A DNA stretch of 64,000 bases from contig CBDDCK010000005.1 in assembly GCA_965225855.1 (NCBI GenBank), positions 1,061,509 through 1,125,508 of the forward strand. Direction: 5' to 3'. Positions within the stretch are counted from its first letter, which is position 1, and the number at the start of each line of letters is the position of its first letter. Below are positions 46,216-54,185 of the stretch, piece by piece. The stretch comes from Spirochaetia bacterium. Lineage in GTDB: Bacteria > Spirochaetota > Spirochaetia > SP-2023. A model generated the notes under the pieces. It was not told where the DNA came from. It was given only the letters and a program-made list of their open reading frames with translations, and ran no database searches. The position numbers were made by a program, and so were the translations under genes.

Positions 46216-47322
46216 ATGAACAAAATTTTATACAAAAGCGGGGTTCTACTGTGTACCTTGGCTATTTTCATGGGCTGTATGACTACAGCCAAAGATTCTA
46301 GCTCGGAAAGCAAGAAAGAAGGTGCGTCTGAAGAAGAGATGATGATGCAGAAAATGCGAGAATACTACTCTGCAAAACCGTTTTACCACGACAATCCAGA
46401 AGATGTGCAAGTGGTTTGGCAAGATGTCGATGCCTTTTGGGCTGCGGTAGATGCTGCCAAACAAGCCGATGGCAGCATTGATGAGGATATTTTTAATACT
46501 ACGTACCGTGAAAAAAAGACGGGCATATTGGACAAACATTCAGAGTTCTTTTTTGGTTCCAAAGATACCATTTACCAGAATTATCCTTTCATTGAATTTT
46601 ATAGTACCTTTCGCGATTCTTTGACTGACAAGAGCATTTTAACGAGAGAAGCCTATATTTCTTACATGAAAAAGCTGCAAGAGTATTACCCAGAGGCAAA
46701 ATTCCCCAATGCCTATTTTGCCATTGGCCGTATGAACCAAGGAGGTACAGCAACTCCGTTGGGTATATTCCTGTTTCCGGCACAGTTCCACAAGAATACA
46801 ACTGCCGATATATCTAAACTAGGGGACTTAAAACCGAAAGAGTATCTGGAATATCTGGCAAAACAAAGTGCGAAAGATATGGCACTGGTAGCTATGCATG
46901 AGACAATACACTTCCAGCAAGTGTTAGTCGGCAAAGAAATTTTCTATAGAAAATTGCTAAATGTTGCTTTGATTGAAGGTACAGCAGAGTTTTTAAGCAC
47001 ACTAATTATGGGAAAATCATTGATTCTCAAAAATGAAATGATAGCTTCTTATGGCGAAGCCAATGAAGCCAAACTTTGGCAGCAATTTAAGAGAGATATG
47101 AAAACCAATAACATGAAGGCTTGGCTTTACAATGCCAATAATAACGATTTAGGCGATGTTCCTCCCGACTTGGGCTATTGGGTTGGCTTCCGCATAGCCA
47201 AAAGTTACTGGGACAACATGGCAGATAAGCAGCAAGCCTTCCGCGACATTTTGCTTTGGGGCGATGGCAATGAATTCTTAGAAAAATCGGGTTACGATGC
47301 GCTGCATTCTAAAAACAAGTAA
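46216..47322 (+). CDS. Lipoprotein, putative zinc metalloprotease (HExxH), paralogue A
   Basis: AAGGAG RBS. Signal peptide with lipobox 'IFMGC'. 'VAMHETIHFQQ' contains HExxH, with 'EGTAEF' downstream. The family assignment is tentative (DUF2268-like?). Confidence 0.6.
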   Translation: MNKILYKSGVLLCTLAIFMGCMTTAKDSSSESKKEGASEEEMMMQKMREYYSAKPFYHDNPEDVQVVWQDVDAFWAAVDAAKQADGSIDEDIFNTTYREKKTGILDKHSEFFFGSKDTIYQNYPFIEFYSTFRDSLTDKSILTREAYISYMKKLQEYYPEAKFPNAYFAIGRMNQGGTATPLGIFLFPAQFHKNTTADISKLGDLKPKEYLEYLAKQSAKDMALVAMHETIHFQQVLVGKEIFYRKLLNVALIEGTAEFLSTLIMGKSLILKNEMIASYGEANEAKLWQQFKRDMKTNNMKAWLYNANNNDLGDVPPDLGYWVGFRIAKSYWDNMADKQQAFRDILLWGDGNEFLEKSGYDALHSKNK

Positions 47323-47403
47323 TGGATTGAGCCCAAGCCCTACAGGAAATGTCCCATAACTAAGCGGGCAAGCAGCCCCAATAAACTAGCTATTTTATAA
47401 ATG

Positions 47404-47497
47404 CAGCCTTGGTATTTTGAGAATACCAAGGCTGCAAATTTTTTTATTAACTTGCTAAAAAAATTTATTAAGGCTGTAAAATTTTTTAGCAAGGCTG
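47404..47497. repeat. 12-bp-stem hairpin plus 21-bp-phased array, copy 4
   Basis: CAGCCTTGGTAT-TTTGAGA-ATACCAAGGCTG (47404-47434), then CAAATTTTTTT. Cores at 47428, 47449, 47470 and 47491. Confidence 0.8.
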
Positions 47498-47734
47498 CAT
47501 TTACTGGGTAGCAATGGGGTAGCTGGAAAATTCAATAAAGGTTTGGCCAATTCCCATAAGAAAATTGGCTAATGCCAAGGCTTGGCTGCCAATATATAGC
47601 CTAGGTAATTGCTTTTTTACAATAAAGGTTTGGCCCAGTGGCTAGTATGCCACAACCTTAGATAAATTTGGTAGAGGCATTATAAAAGAGATAGATTTTT
47701 TATTTTTAGATACTTGGCTATAATTCGGGATTTT

Positions 47735-48106
47735 TTATATTTTTTTCACTAAATCATCAACTTGTACACCATCAAACGAAATAGCATTTTCCTCAATATT
47801 TCGATTACCATAAACATCATAAGGATAAATAGACAACAAAGATTTTAAATTTTTATGATTATCTTTTCGTATCTTAAACCCAAAACTTTCAAGAGTGGCG
47901 ATTTTATCCTGAATATGATAAGGCCTTGCCATACCTTTTTTTATTTCTAAAGTACCTAAGTCTTCATTTGTATCAGGGTCAATAATTCTTTCGCCTTCGT
48001 CAAAAATTAAAAATCTATCGGAAGATTCTATACCTTGCTTAGAGCCAGCATTGATAACCACTCTTCTACCATTATCTAGCACTTTCAGGACTTTAAAACA
48101 TTCCAT
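47735..48106 (-). CDS. Hypothetical small soluble protein (123 aa), AT-rich module
   Basis: ORF starting 2 nt downstream of the stop of the preceding gene, so the two are probably coupled. 'RVVINAGSKQGIESSDRFLIFDEGERIIDPDTNEDLG' looks like a small beta-barrel motif. No family recognised. Confidence 0.55.
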   Translation of the reverse strand: MECFKVLKVLDNGRRVVINAGSKQGIESSDRFLIFDEGERIIDPDTNEDLGTLEIKKGMARPYHIQDKIATLESFGFKIRKDNHKNLKSLLSIYPYDVYGNRNIEENAISFDGVQVDDLVKKI

Positions 48107-48108
48107 AC

Positions 48109-48666
48109 CTAATCTCCTTCTTCTTTTATAACTTTATATATCTCATGAGGAATACTGGGCTTTAATATTATTCTATTTTTGTTTCTCTTTAAATCTTCTT
48201 CTGTAATTCCATCTTTTAGGCCTAAGATAGAAATTTGTAGTTTATTTTTTTGTGTGATTATTTCAACATAACCATAGCCTATAAATTCTTCTATCTCTTC
48301 AACAAGATATAAGGAAACTAAGGTATCGTAAGAAAATAAATCAGAATTATCAAATATTAATCTTTCAGATTGAATTGCTTTTAATTTAGGAAGTAAAACT
48401 TTTCTATCTATCTTTACCATAATAATAATATTTTGTAATAGAAAAAGAATCGTGAACATCATTGGGAATAACCAAATAAAAAACGTGGTAACATTGATTG
48501 TGTCATCTTTTTCAAAATACCAAAAAGCAAAGCTAATGCCTAAGACTGTTATCAAAGCATAAAAAAACTCAAATATCTTTTTCATCATACACAAGCAATA
48601 CCTTGGCCTAATAACTCGAAAATGGCCATCTTTATATAATATTTGTTTGCCATTGTCTATAAGCAA
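48109..48666 (-). CDS. Hypothetical membrane protein, AT-rich module
   Basis: Two predicted TM helices (FFYALITVLGISFAFWYF, TTFFIWLFPMMFTILFLLQNIIIM) and a C-terminal soluble domain. The track start is a TTG. The ATG at 48588 (MMKKIF...) is more likely, giving 159 aa. Confidence 0.55.
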   Translation of the reverse strand: MLIDNGKQILYKDGHFRVIRPRYCLCMMKKIFEFFYALITVLGISFAFWYFEKDDTINVTTFFIWLFPMMFTILFLLQNIIIMVKIDRKVLLPKLKAIQSERLIFDNSDLFSYDTLVSLYLVEEIEEFIGYGYVEIITQKNKLQISILGLKDGITEEDLKRNKNRIILKPSIPHEIYKVIKEEGD

Positions 48667-48749
48667 TAATGTAATTTTTCTATTAAGAGCGAGAACTATG
48701 CAACATAGCCTTGCATTTAGTCAATTTTCTATTTAGCTTTGCTCCCTTT

Positions 48750-48843
48750 CAGCCTTGGTATTTTGAAAATGCCAAGGCTGGAAATTTTTTTATTAAGGCT
48801 ACAATAAAATTTATTAAGGCTGTAAAATTTTTTATCAAGTTGG
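48750..48843. repeat. Hairpin plus 21-bp-phased array, copy 5
   Basis: CAGCCTTGGTAT-TTTGAAA-ATGCCAAGGCTG. Cores at 48774, 48795, 48816 and 48837. Confidence 0.8.
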
Positions 48844-49054
48844 CTTTTTCTGGGTTGCAATGGGGTAGCTGGAAAATTCAATAAGTGTTTTACCCTGTTC
48901 CTAGCTTGCAACAACTGTTCACAAAATTTTCACAAGCTAGTTATAAAATCTATTATAAAGTATCTAAACAAGGGTTTGCTTACTTGTATCTAAGGTTTTA
49001 ATCCTTTAAAATGGGCTAGCGCACATAGCGTAATACAACAAATAGGAGTTCTAT

Positions 49055-50161
49055 ATGAACAAAATTTTATACAAAAGCGGGGTACTGCTGTGTACCTTGG
49101 CTATTTTCATGGGCTGTATGACTACAGCCAAAAGTTCTAGCTCGGAGAGCAAGAAAGAAGGTGATGTGTCTGAAGCACAGATGGCGCAGAAAATTAAAGA
49201 TTTCTATTCTGCAAAACCTGTTTACCACGACAATCCAGAAGATGTGCAGGTGATATGGCATGATTTTGATGCTTTTTGGGCTGCGGTAGATGCAGCCAAA
49301 CAAGCCGATGGCAGCTATAACGAGCAAATTTTCTATGATAGTTATTTGGCCAATAAAAGCGGGGATTTAGATTCATATTCCGAAATTTTTTACGGTAGCA
49401 AGGACGGAATGTACCAAAACTATCCTTTAATACCATTTTATCAAAGTTTTCGCTCCGCCCTTGGCGATAAGTCTATTTTTGATAAGCAAGTATACATTGC
49501 CCATTTAAACAAGCTGAAAGAATATTACCCAGAGGCAAAATTCCCCAATGTTCACTTTCATATTGGCCATATGAAACAAGGAGGAACTGCTGTTCCGTTA
49601 GGCCTAATCTTAGGTCCCGAGGTGTTCCAAAAAGATACCAGTGCCGATTATTCTAAACTCGATGGCAAATTGGCAAAAATAGGCCCTGATTATTTTGGCA
49701 CTAGGCCCCGTACAAATCTGGAGCTTCTTACTATCCACGAATTAATGCACTTTCAGCAGCAATTGGTCAAGGATATGACTGTAAGTTATTTTAATCGAGA
49801 TTTGTTATATACCAGCTTAATAGAAGGTACAGCAGAGTTTTTAAGTTACGTTATCACAGGGGAAGCATCTATGATTCAGATGACACAAGCGTATGGCGAA
49901 GCCAATGAAACCGAGTTATGGCACAAGTTTAAGGAAGACCGCAAGGCTGGCAACCGAGTCGCTTGGCTTTACAATGCAACTAAAGATAGAGGCGGTGTTC
50001 CTGCCGATATGGGCTATTGGGTTGGCTTCCGCATAGCCAAAAGTTACTGGGACAATATGGCAGATAAGCAGCAAGCCTTCCGCGACATTTTGCTTTGGGA
50101 CGATGCCGATGAGTTCTTAGAAAAATCGGGTTACGATGCGCTGCATTCTAAAAACAAGTAA
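49055..50161 (+). CDS. Lipoprotein, putative zinc metalloprotease (HExxH), paralogue B
   Basis: Signal peptide and lipobox identical to 46216-47322. 'TIHELMHFQQ' contains HExxH. The last 50 aa or so are near-identical to paralogue A and the middle is divergent. Confidence 0.6.
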   Translation: MNKILYKSGVLLCTLAIFMGCMTTAKSSSSESKKEGDVSEAQMAQKIKDFYSAKPVYHDNPEDVQVIWHDFDAFWAAVDAAKQADGSYNEQIFYDSYLANKSGDLDSYSEIFYGSKDGMYQNYPLIPFYQSFRSALGDKSIFDKQVYIAHLNKLKEYYPEAKFPNVHFHIGHMKQGGTAVPLGLILGPEVFQKDTSADYSKLDGKLAKIGPDYFGTRPRTNLELLTIHELMHFQQQLVKDMTVSYFNRDLLYTSLIEGTAEFLSYVITGEASMIQMTQAYGEANETELWHKFKEDRKAGNRVAWLYNATKDRGGVPADMGYWVGFRIAKSYWDNMADKQQAFRDILLWDDADEFLEKSGYDALHSKNK

Positions 50162-50242
50162 TGGATTGAGCCCAAGCCCTACAGGAAATGTCCCATAACT
50201 AAGCGGGCAAACAGCCCCAATAAACTAGCTATTTTATAATTC

Positions 50243-50336
50243 CAGCCTTGGTATTTTGAGAATGCCAAGGCTGTAAATTTTTTTATTAAGGCTGTAAAAA
50301 AATTTATTAAGGCTGTAAAATTTTTTATCAAGGCTG
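50243..50336. repeat. Hairpin plus 21-bp-phased array, copy 6
   Basis: Hairpin at 50243-50273. AAGGCTG cores at 50267, 50288, 50309 and 50330. Confidence 0.8.
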
Positions 50337-50440
50337 CTTTTACTTAGTAGCAATGGGGCAGAGCAAAAATTAAGTAGGGAATGGGCTTGAATAAAGCGAT
50401 ACATAGCTTTATATATTGGCAAAAATTTTGCATTAGATAC

Positions 50441-50469
50441 TTGCCGAAAATTATAAAAACTATTATGCT
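50441..50469 (+). promoter_or_regulatory. Leaderless-type promoter (copy 3)
   Basis: TTGCCG (50441-50446), 17 nt, TATGCT (50464-50469), 6 nt, ATG at 50476. No SD. Confidence 0.5.
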
Positions 50470-50475
50470 AGACCA

Positions 50476-51168
50476 ATGGAACCATTAGAAAAATCTTCTA
50501 GCGATGTAGTGGTAATCAAAGACATAGTAGAAAGCCTTTTAAAACAAACGCTAGCCAAGGAAATCCAATACCATCTTCGCAATCAATTGGCCGAGCAACA
50601 GGCCTTGCAAGCCAGCAGAAAAATACAAGAAAAGCCCGAATCGTTGAATAATATCTATGACCACCAGCTTTTTGAGCGTATGGTGCGGGTAGAAGAAGAG
50701 CTAAAACAAAACCAAGTAATACTGAAAGCGTTTATGCAGCAAATGGACAAACGCTTTGAAACTGTGCAGCAAAGCTTTGAAACAATGCAGCAAAACATAG
50801 ACAAGCGTCTTGATATAATGCAGCAAAACATGGATAAACGCTTTGAGCAAGTGGATAAACGCTTTGAAACAATGCAGCAAAACATAGACAAGCGTCTTGA
50901 TATAATGCAGCAAAATATGGATAAACGCTTTGAGCAAGTGGATAAACGCTTTGAAACAATGCAGCAAAACATGGATAAACGCCTTGAACAAGTGGATAAG
51001 CGTTTTGAACAAGTGGACAAACGCTTTGAAACAATGCAGCAAAGTATGGATAAACGCTTTGAAACAATGCAGCAAAACATAGACAAGCGCTTTTTGATGC
51101 TGCAATGGTTTATGGGTATTGGCTTTGGCCTAATTATTGGCATCTTGGGCTTGCTGAAACTTTCATAA
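50476..51168 (+). CDS. Tail-anchored coiled-coil MDKRFE-repeat protein (paralogue 3, 230 aa)
   Basis: Second subfamily N-terminus (MEPLEKSSSDVVVIKDIVESLLKQ), MQQN(M/I)DKR(F/L) repeats, and C-terminal TM segment 'WFMGIGFGLIIGILGLL'. Confidence 0.75.
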   Translation: MEPLEKSSSDVVVIKDIVESLLKQTLAKEIQYHLRNQLAEQQALQASRKIQEKPESLNNIYDHQLFERMVRVEEELKQNQVILKAFMQQMDKRFETVQQSFETMQQNIDKRLDIMQQNMDKRFEQVDKRFETMQQNIDKRLDIMQQNMDKRFEQVDKRFETMQQNMDKRLEQVDKRFEQVDKRFETMQQSMDKRFETMQQNIDKRFLMLQWFMGIGFGLIIGILGLLKLS

Positions 51169-51326
51169 CTCAATAATCATTTTGCTATGTTATTTAGGTG
51201 TATCTGTATAGTGAAGTTCTGTTTGTCTACTTAGTATAGGTAATATATAAATATGGATTGGGCATAAGCCCGCCAGGTAATTCCCCATAATATAAGCGGG
51301 CAAATAAACTAGCTATTTGGTAAATA

Positions 51327-51420
51327 CAGCCTTGGTATTTTGAGAATACCAAGGCTGCAAATTTTTTTATTAACTTGCTAAAAAAATTTATTAAGGCTGT
51401 AAAATTTTTTATCAAGTTGG
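51327..51420. repeat. Hairpin plus 21-bp-phased array, copy 7
   Basis: Hairpin at 51327-51357. Cores at 51351, 51372, 51393 and 51414. Confidence 0.8.
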
Positions 51421-51524
51421 CTTTTACTTAGTAGCAATGGGGCAGAGCAAAAATTAAGTAGGGAATGGGCTTGAATAAAGCGATACATAGCTTTATATAT
51501 TGGCAAAAATTTTGCATTAGATAC

Positions 51525-51553
51525 TTGCCGAAAATTATAAAAACTATTATGCT
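51525..51553 (+). promoter_or_regulatory. Leaderless-type promoter (copy 4)
   Basis: TTGCCG, 17 nt, TATGCT, 6 nt, ATG at 51560. Confidence 0.5.
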
Positions 51554-51559
51554 AGACCA

Positions 51560-52165
51560 ATGGAACCATTAGAAAAATCTTCTAGCGATGTAGTGGTAAT
51601 CAAAGACATAGTAGAAAGCCTTTTAAAACAAACGCTAGCCAAGGAAATCCAATACCATCTTCGCAATCAATTGGCCGAGCAACAGGCCTTGCAAGCCAGC
51701 AGAAAAATACAAGAAAAGCCCGAATCGTCTAACAATATCTATGACCACCAGCTTTTTGAGCGTATGGTGCGGGTAGAAGAAGAGCTAAAACAAAACCAAG
51801 TAATACTGAAAGCGTTTATGCAGCAAATGGACAAACGCTTTGAAATTGTGCAGCAAAGCTTTGAAACAATGCAGCAAAACATAGACAAGCGTCTTGATAT
51901 AATGCAGCAAAACATGGATAAACGCTTTGAGCAAATGGATAAACGCTTTGAAACAATGCAGCAAAACATGGATAAACGCCTTGAACAAGTGGATAAGCGT
52001 TTTGAACAAGTGGACAAACGCTTTGAAACAATGCAGCAAAGTATGGATAAACGCTTTGAAACAATGCAGCAAAACATAGACAAGCGCTTTTTGATGCTGC
52101 AATGGTTTATAGGTATTGGCTTTGGCCTAATTATTGGCATCTTGGGCTTGCTGAAACTTTCATAA
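51560..52165 (+). CDS. Tail-anchored coiled-coil MDKRFE-repeat protein (paralogue 4, 201 aa)
   Basis: Near-identical to 50476-51168 but lacks one 29-aa (87-bp) repeat block. Confidence 0.75.
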   Translation: MEPLEKSSSDVVVIKDIVESLLKQTLAKEIQYHLRNQLAEQQALQASRKIQEKPESSNNIYDHQLFERMVRVEEELKQNQVILKAFMQQMDKRFEIVQQSFETMQQNIDKRLDIMQQNMDKRFEQMDKRFETMQQNMDKRLEQVDKRFEQVDKRFETMQQSMDKRFETMQQNIDKRFLMLQWFIGIGFGLIIGILGLLKLS

Positions 52166-52323
52166 CTCAATAATCATTTTGCTATGTTATTTAGGTGTAT
52201 CTGTATAGTGAAGTTCTGTTTGTCTACTTAGTATAGGTAATATATAAATATGGATTGGGCATAAGCCCGCCAGGTAATTCCCCATAATATAAGCGGGCAA
52301 ATAAACTAGCTATTTGGTAAATA

Positions 52324-52417
52324 CAGCCTTGGTATTTTGAGAATACCAAGGCTGCAAATTTTTTTATTAACTTGCTAAAAAAATTTATTAAGGCTGTAAA
52401 ATTTTTTATCAAGTTGG
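52324..52417. repeat. Hairpin plus 21-bp-phased array, copy 8
   Basis: Identical to copy 7. Hairpin at 52324-52354. Cores at 52348, 52369, 52390 and 52411. Confidence 0.8.
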
Positions 52418-52653
52418 CTTTTACTTAGTAGCAATGGGGCAGAGCAAAAATTAAGTAGGGCAGTGCCTTTGGGCAACAAAGTTGATTATAGCTGGCTGGT
52501 TGGCAACAACTTTGGTAAGGCTAGCTAAAAAGTAATATAGTGCTAGGTTTTAAAATATTAATTTACGAGCAAATGCTATTGCCTATAATCTTTGTATAGG
52601 TATACTCGATTGCAAATGAAATTGGCACATGGTAGTTAGGAGATTGGCAATTG

Positions 52654-53913
52654 ATGGCTGACGATTCTAGTGGCTCTAGCAAGATATGGCCTGTGGCTGG
52701 TGGCCATATTTGCAGCCCCAAAGGTTTTTTTGCCGATGGTGTTGCTGCTGGTTTGCGCCCAGCTACGCCAGAAAGGTTGGACTTAGCGGTGTTGTATTCA
52801 CAGCAGCTAGCTAATGCTGCCGGTGTGTTTACTCAAAATTTGTTCTGTGCTGCGCCTGTAATTGTTAGCCGCAATGCTCTACACAAACAGGGAAAGTTGC
52901 AGGCGTTGCTGTGCAACAGTGGCCAGGCCAATGCGGGTACGGGTGAACAGGGCCTAGAGCTATCGTATTGGAAACAACAGATTTTGCAGCAAAGGCTGCA
53001 GCTTGCCGAGCCTCATCATGCTGCGGTGATGTCCACAGGGGTGATTGGCGAGATTCCCGACCAGCAAAAAATTGCCCAGGGCCTAGAAAAAATCCAGCTA
53101 GCTAGCGATGCTGCGGCAGCCCAACGGTTTAGCCAAGCTATTTTGACCACGGATACTTGCACGAAGAACAGCTGCTACCGTTTGCAAATAGATGGGCAAA
53201 TGGTAACTTTGGCGGGCAGTGCCAAGGGTTCGGGCATGATTCATCCGAATATGGCAACCATGCTAGCGTTTATTTGCACCGATGCTGTGGTTGAGCCGGT
53301 GTTTTTGCAAAAATTATTGCGCTCTAGCGTAGAGCGTTCGTTCAACCGCATTAGTGTCGATGGCGATACTTCAACCAATGATACCGTATTGATTTTTGCC
53401 AATGGTTTAGCGGGCAACCAATTGCTAGAGCAAAGCCACCCTCAATGGCAGGTTTTTCAACAAGCGCTAGAGCATTTGTGTTGCGATTTGGCCAAGGCTA
53501 TTGTCCGCGATGGTGAGGGTGCTAGCAAATTTATTGAAGTGGAAGTAGTGGGTGCTCCAACCGAACAAGATGCGGCGTTGTGTGCTCGGCATGTGGTTTC
53601 ATCAAACTTATTTAAAGTGGCGATGTTTGGTGAAGATATGAATTGGGGGCGGATTGCTTGCGCTGTAGGTAACAGCGGGGCCAATATCTCCACCGAAAAG
53701 CTTAGCATTAGCGTTGGTAAAGCCACCGATACAATTTGTGTGTTGGCTTGTAACCGCCCACAGAACTTTAGTGAACAATGGGCTAGCCGGTTGTTAGCGC
53801 AGGCAGAAATTTATATTTGCATTGATTTGCACCAAGGGTTAAGTACGGCAACGGCTTGGGGCAGCGATTTATCCTTGGATTATGTGCGTATCAATGCCGA
53901 CAAGCGTTCTTAA
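52654..53913 (+). CDS. argJ: Bifunctional glutamate N-acetyltransferase / amino-acid acetyltransferase
   Basis: 'ILTTDT', 'KGSGMIHPNMATMLAFICTDA' (autoproteolytic ATML site), 'DGDTSTNDT', 'RDGEGASKF' and 'GEDMNWGRI'. Confidence 0.9.
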   Translation: MADDSSGSSKIWPVAGGHICSPKGFFADGVAAGLRPATPERLDLAVLYSQQLANAAGVFTQNLFCAAPVIVSRNALHKQGKLQALLCNSGQANAGTGEQGLELSYWKQQILQQRLQLAEPHHAAVMSTGVIGEIPDQQKIAQGLEKIQLASDAAAAQRFSQAILTTDTCTKNSCYRLQIDGQMVTLAGSAKGSGMIHPNMATMLAFICTDAVVEPVFLQKLLRSSVERSFNRISVDGDTSTNDTVLIFANGLAGNQLLEQSHPQWQVFQQALEHLCCDLAKAIVRDGEGASKFIEVEVVGAPTEQDAALCARHVVSSNLFKVAMFGEDMNWGRIACAVGNSGANISTEKLSISVGKATDTICVLACNRPQNFSEQWASRLLAQAEIYICIDLHQGLSTATAWGSDLSLDYVRINADKRS

Positions 53914-53944
53914 AAAATATAATTCAAGCTATAAGAGATGATAG

Positions 53945-54181
53945 ATGAAAACAATAACTTGTAAAAGTCTTGGTGGGGCTTGTGATAAAGAGTTTACGGT
54001 AAACACGTTTGACGAGCTGGTAGAACAGCTAAAAGCCCACGGTATGGAAATGTTTATGGCCCAGGAACCAGCCCATATGGGCCTGGCCCAACAGATAATC
54101 GAGCTGATGCAAGACCCGCTAAAAATGCAGCAATTTTATGAAGAAAAGCGAAAGTTGTTCGAGCAGCTACCTTCTAACTAA
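53945..54181 (+). CDS. DUF1059-like small protein
   Basis: 78 aa. 'MKTITCKSLGGACDKEF...FDELVEQLKAHGMEMF' matches the typical DUF1059 pattern (C..lG..C..ef...t.eE.....H). Confidence 0.55.
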   Translation: MKTITCKSLGGACDKEFTVNTFDELVEQLKAHGMEMFMAQEPAHMGLAQQIIELMQDPLKMQQFYEEKRKLFEQLPSN

Positions 54182-54185
54182 GCAA

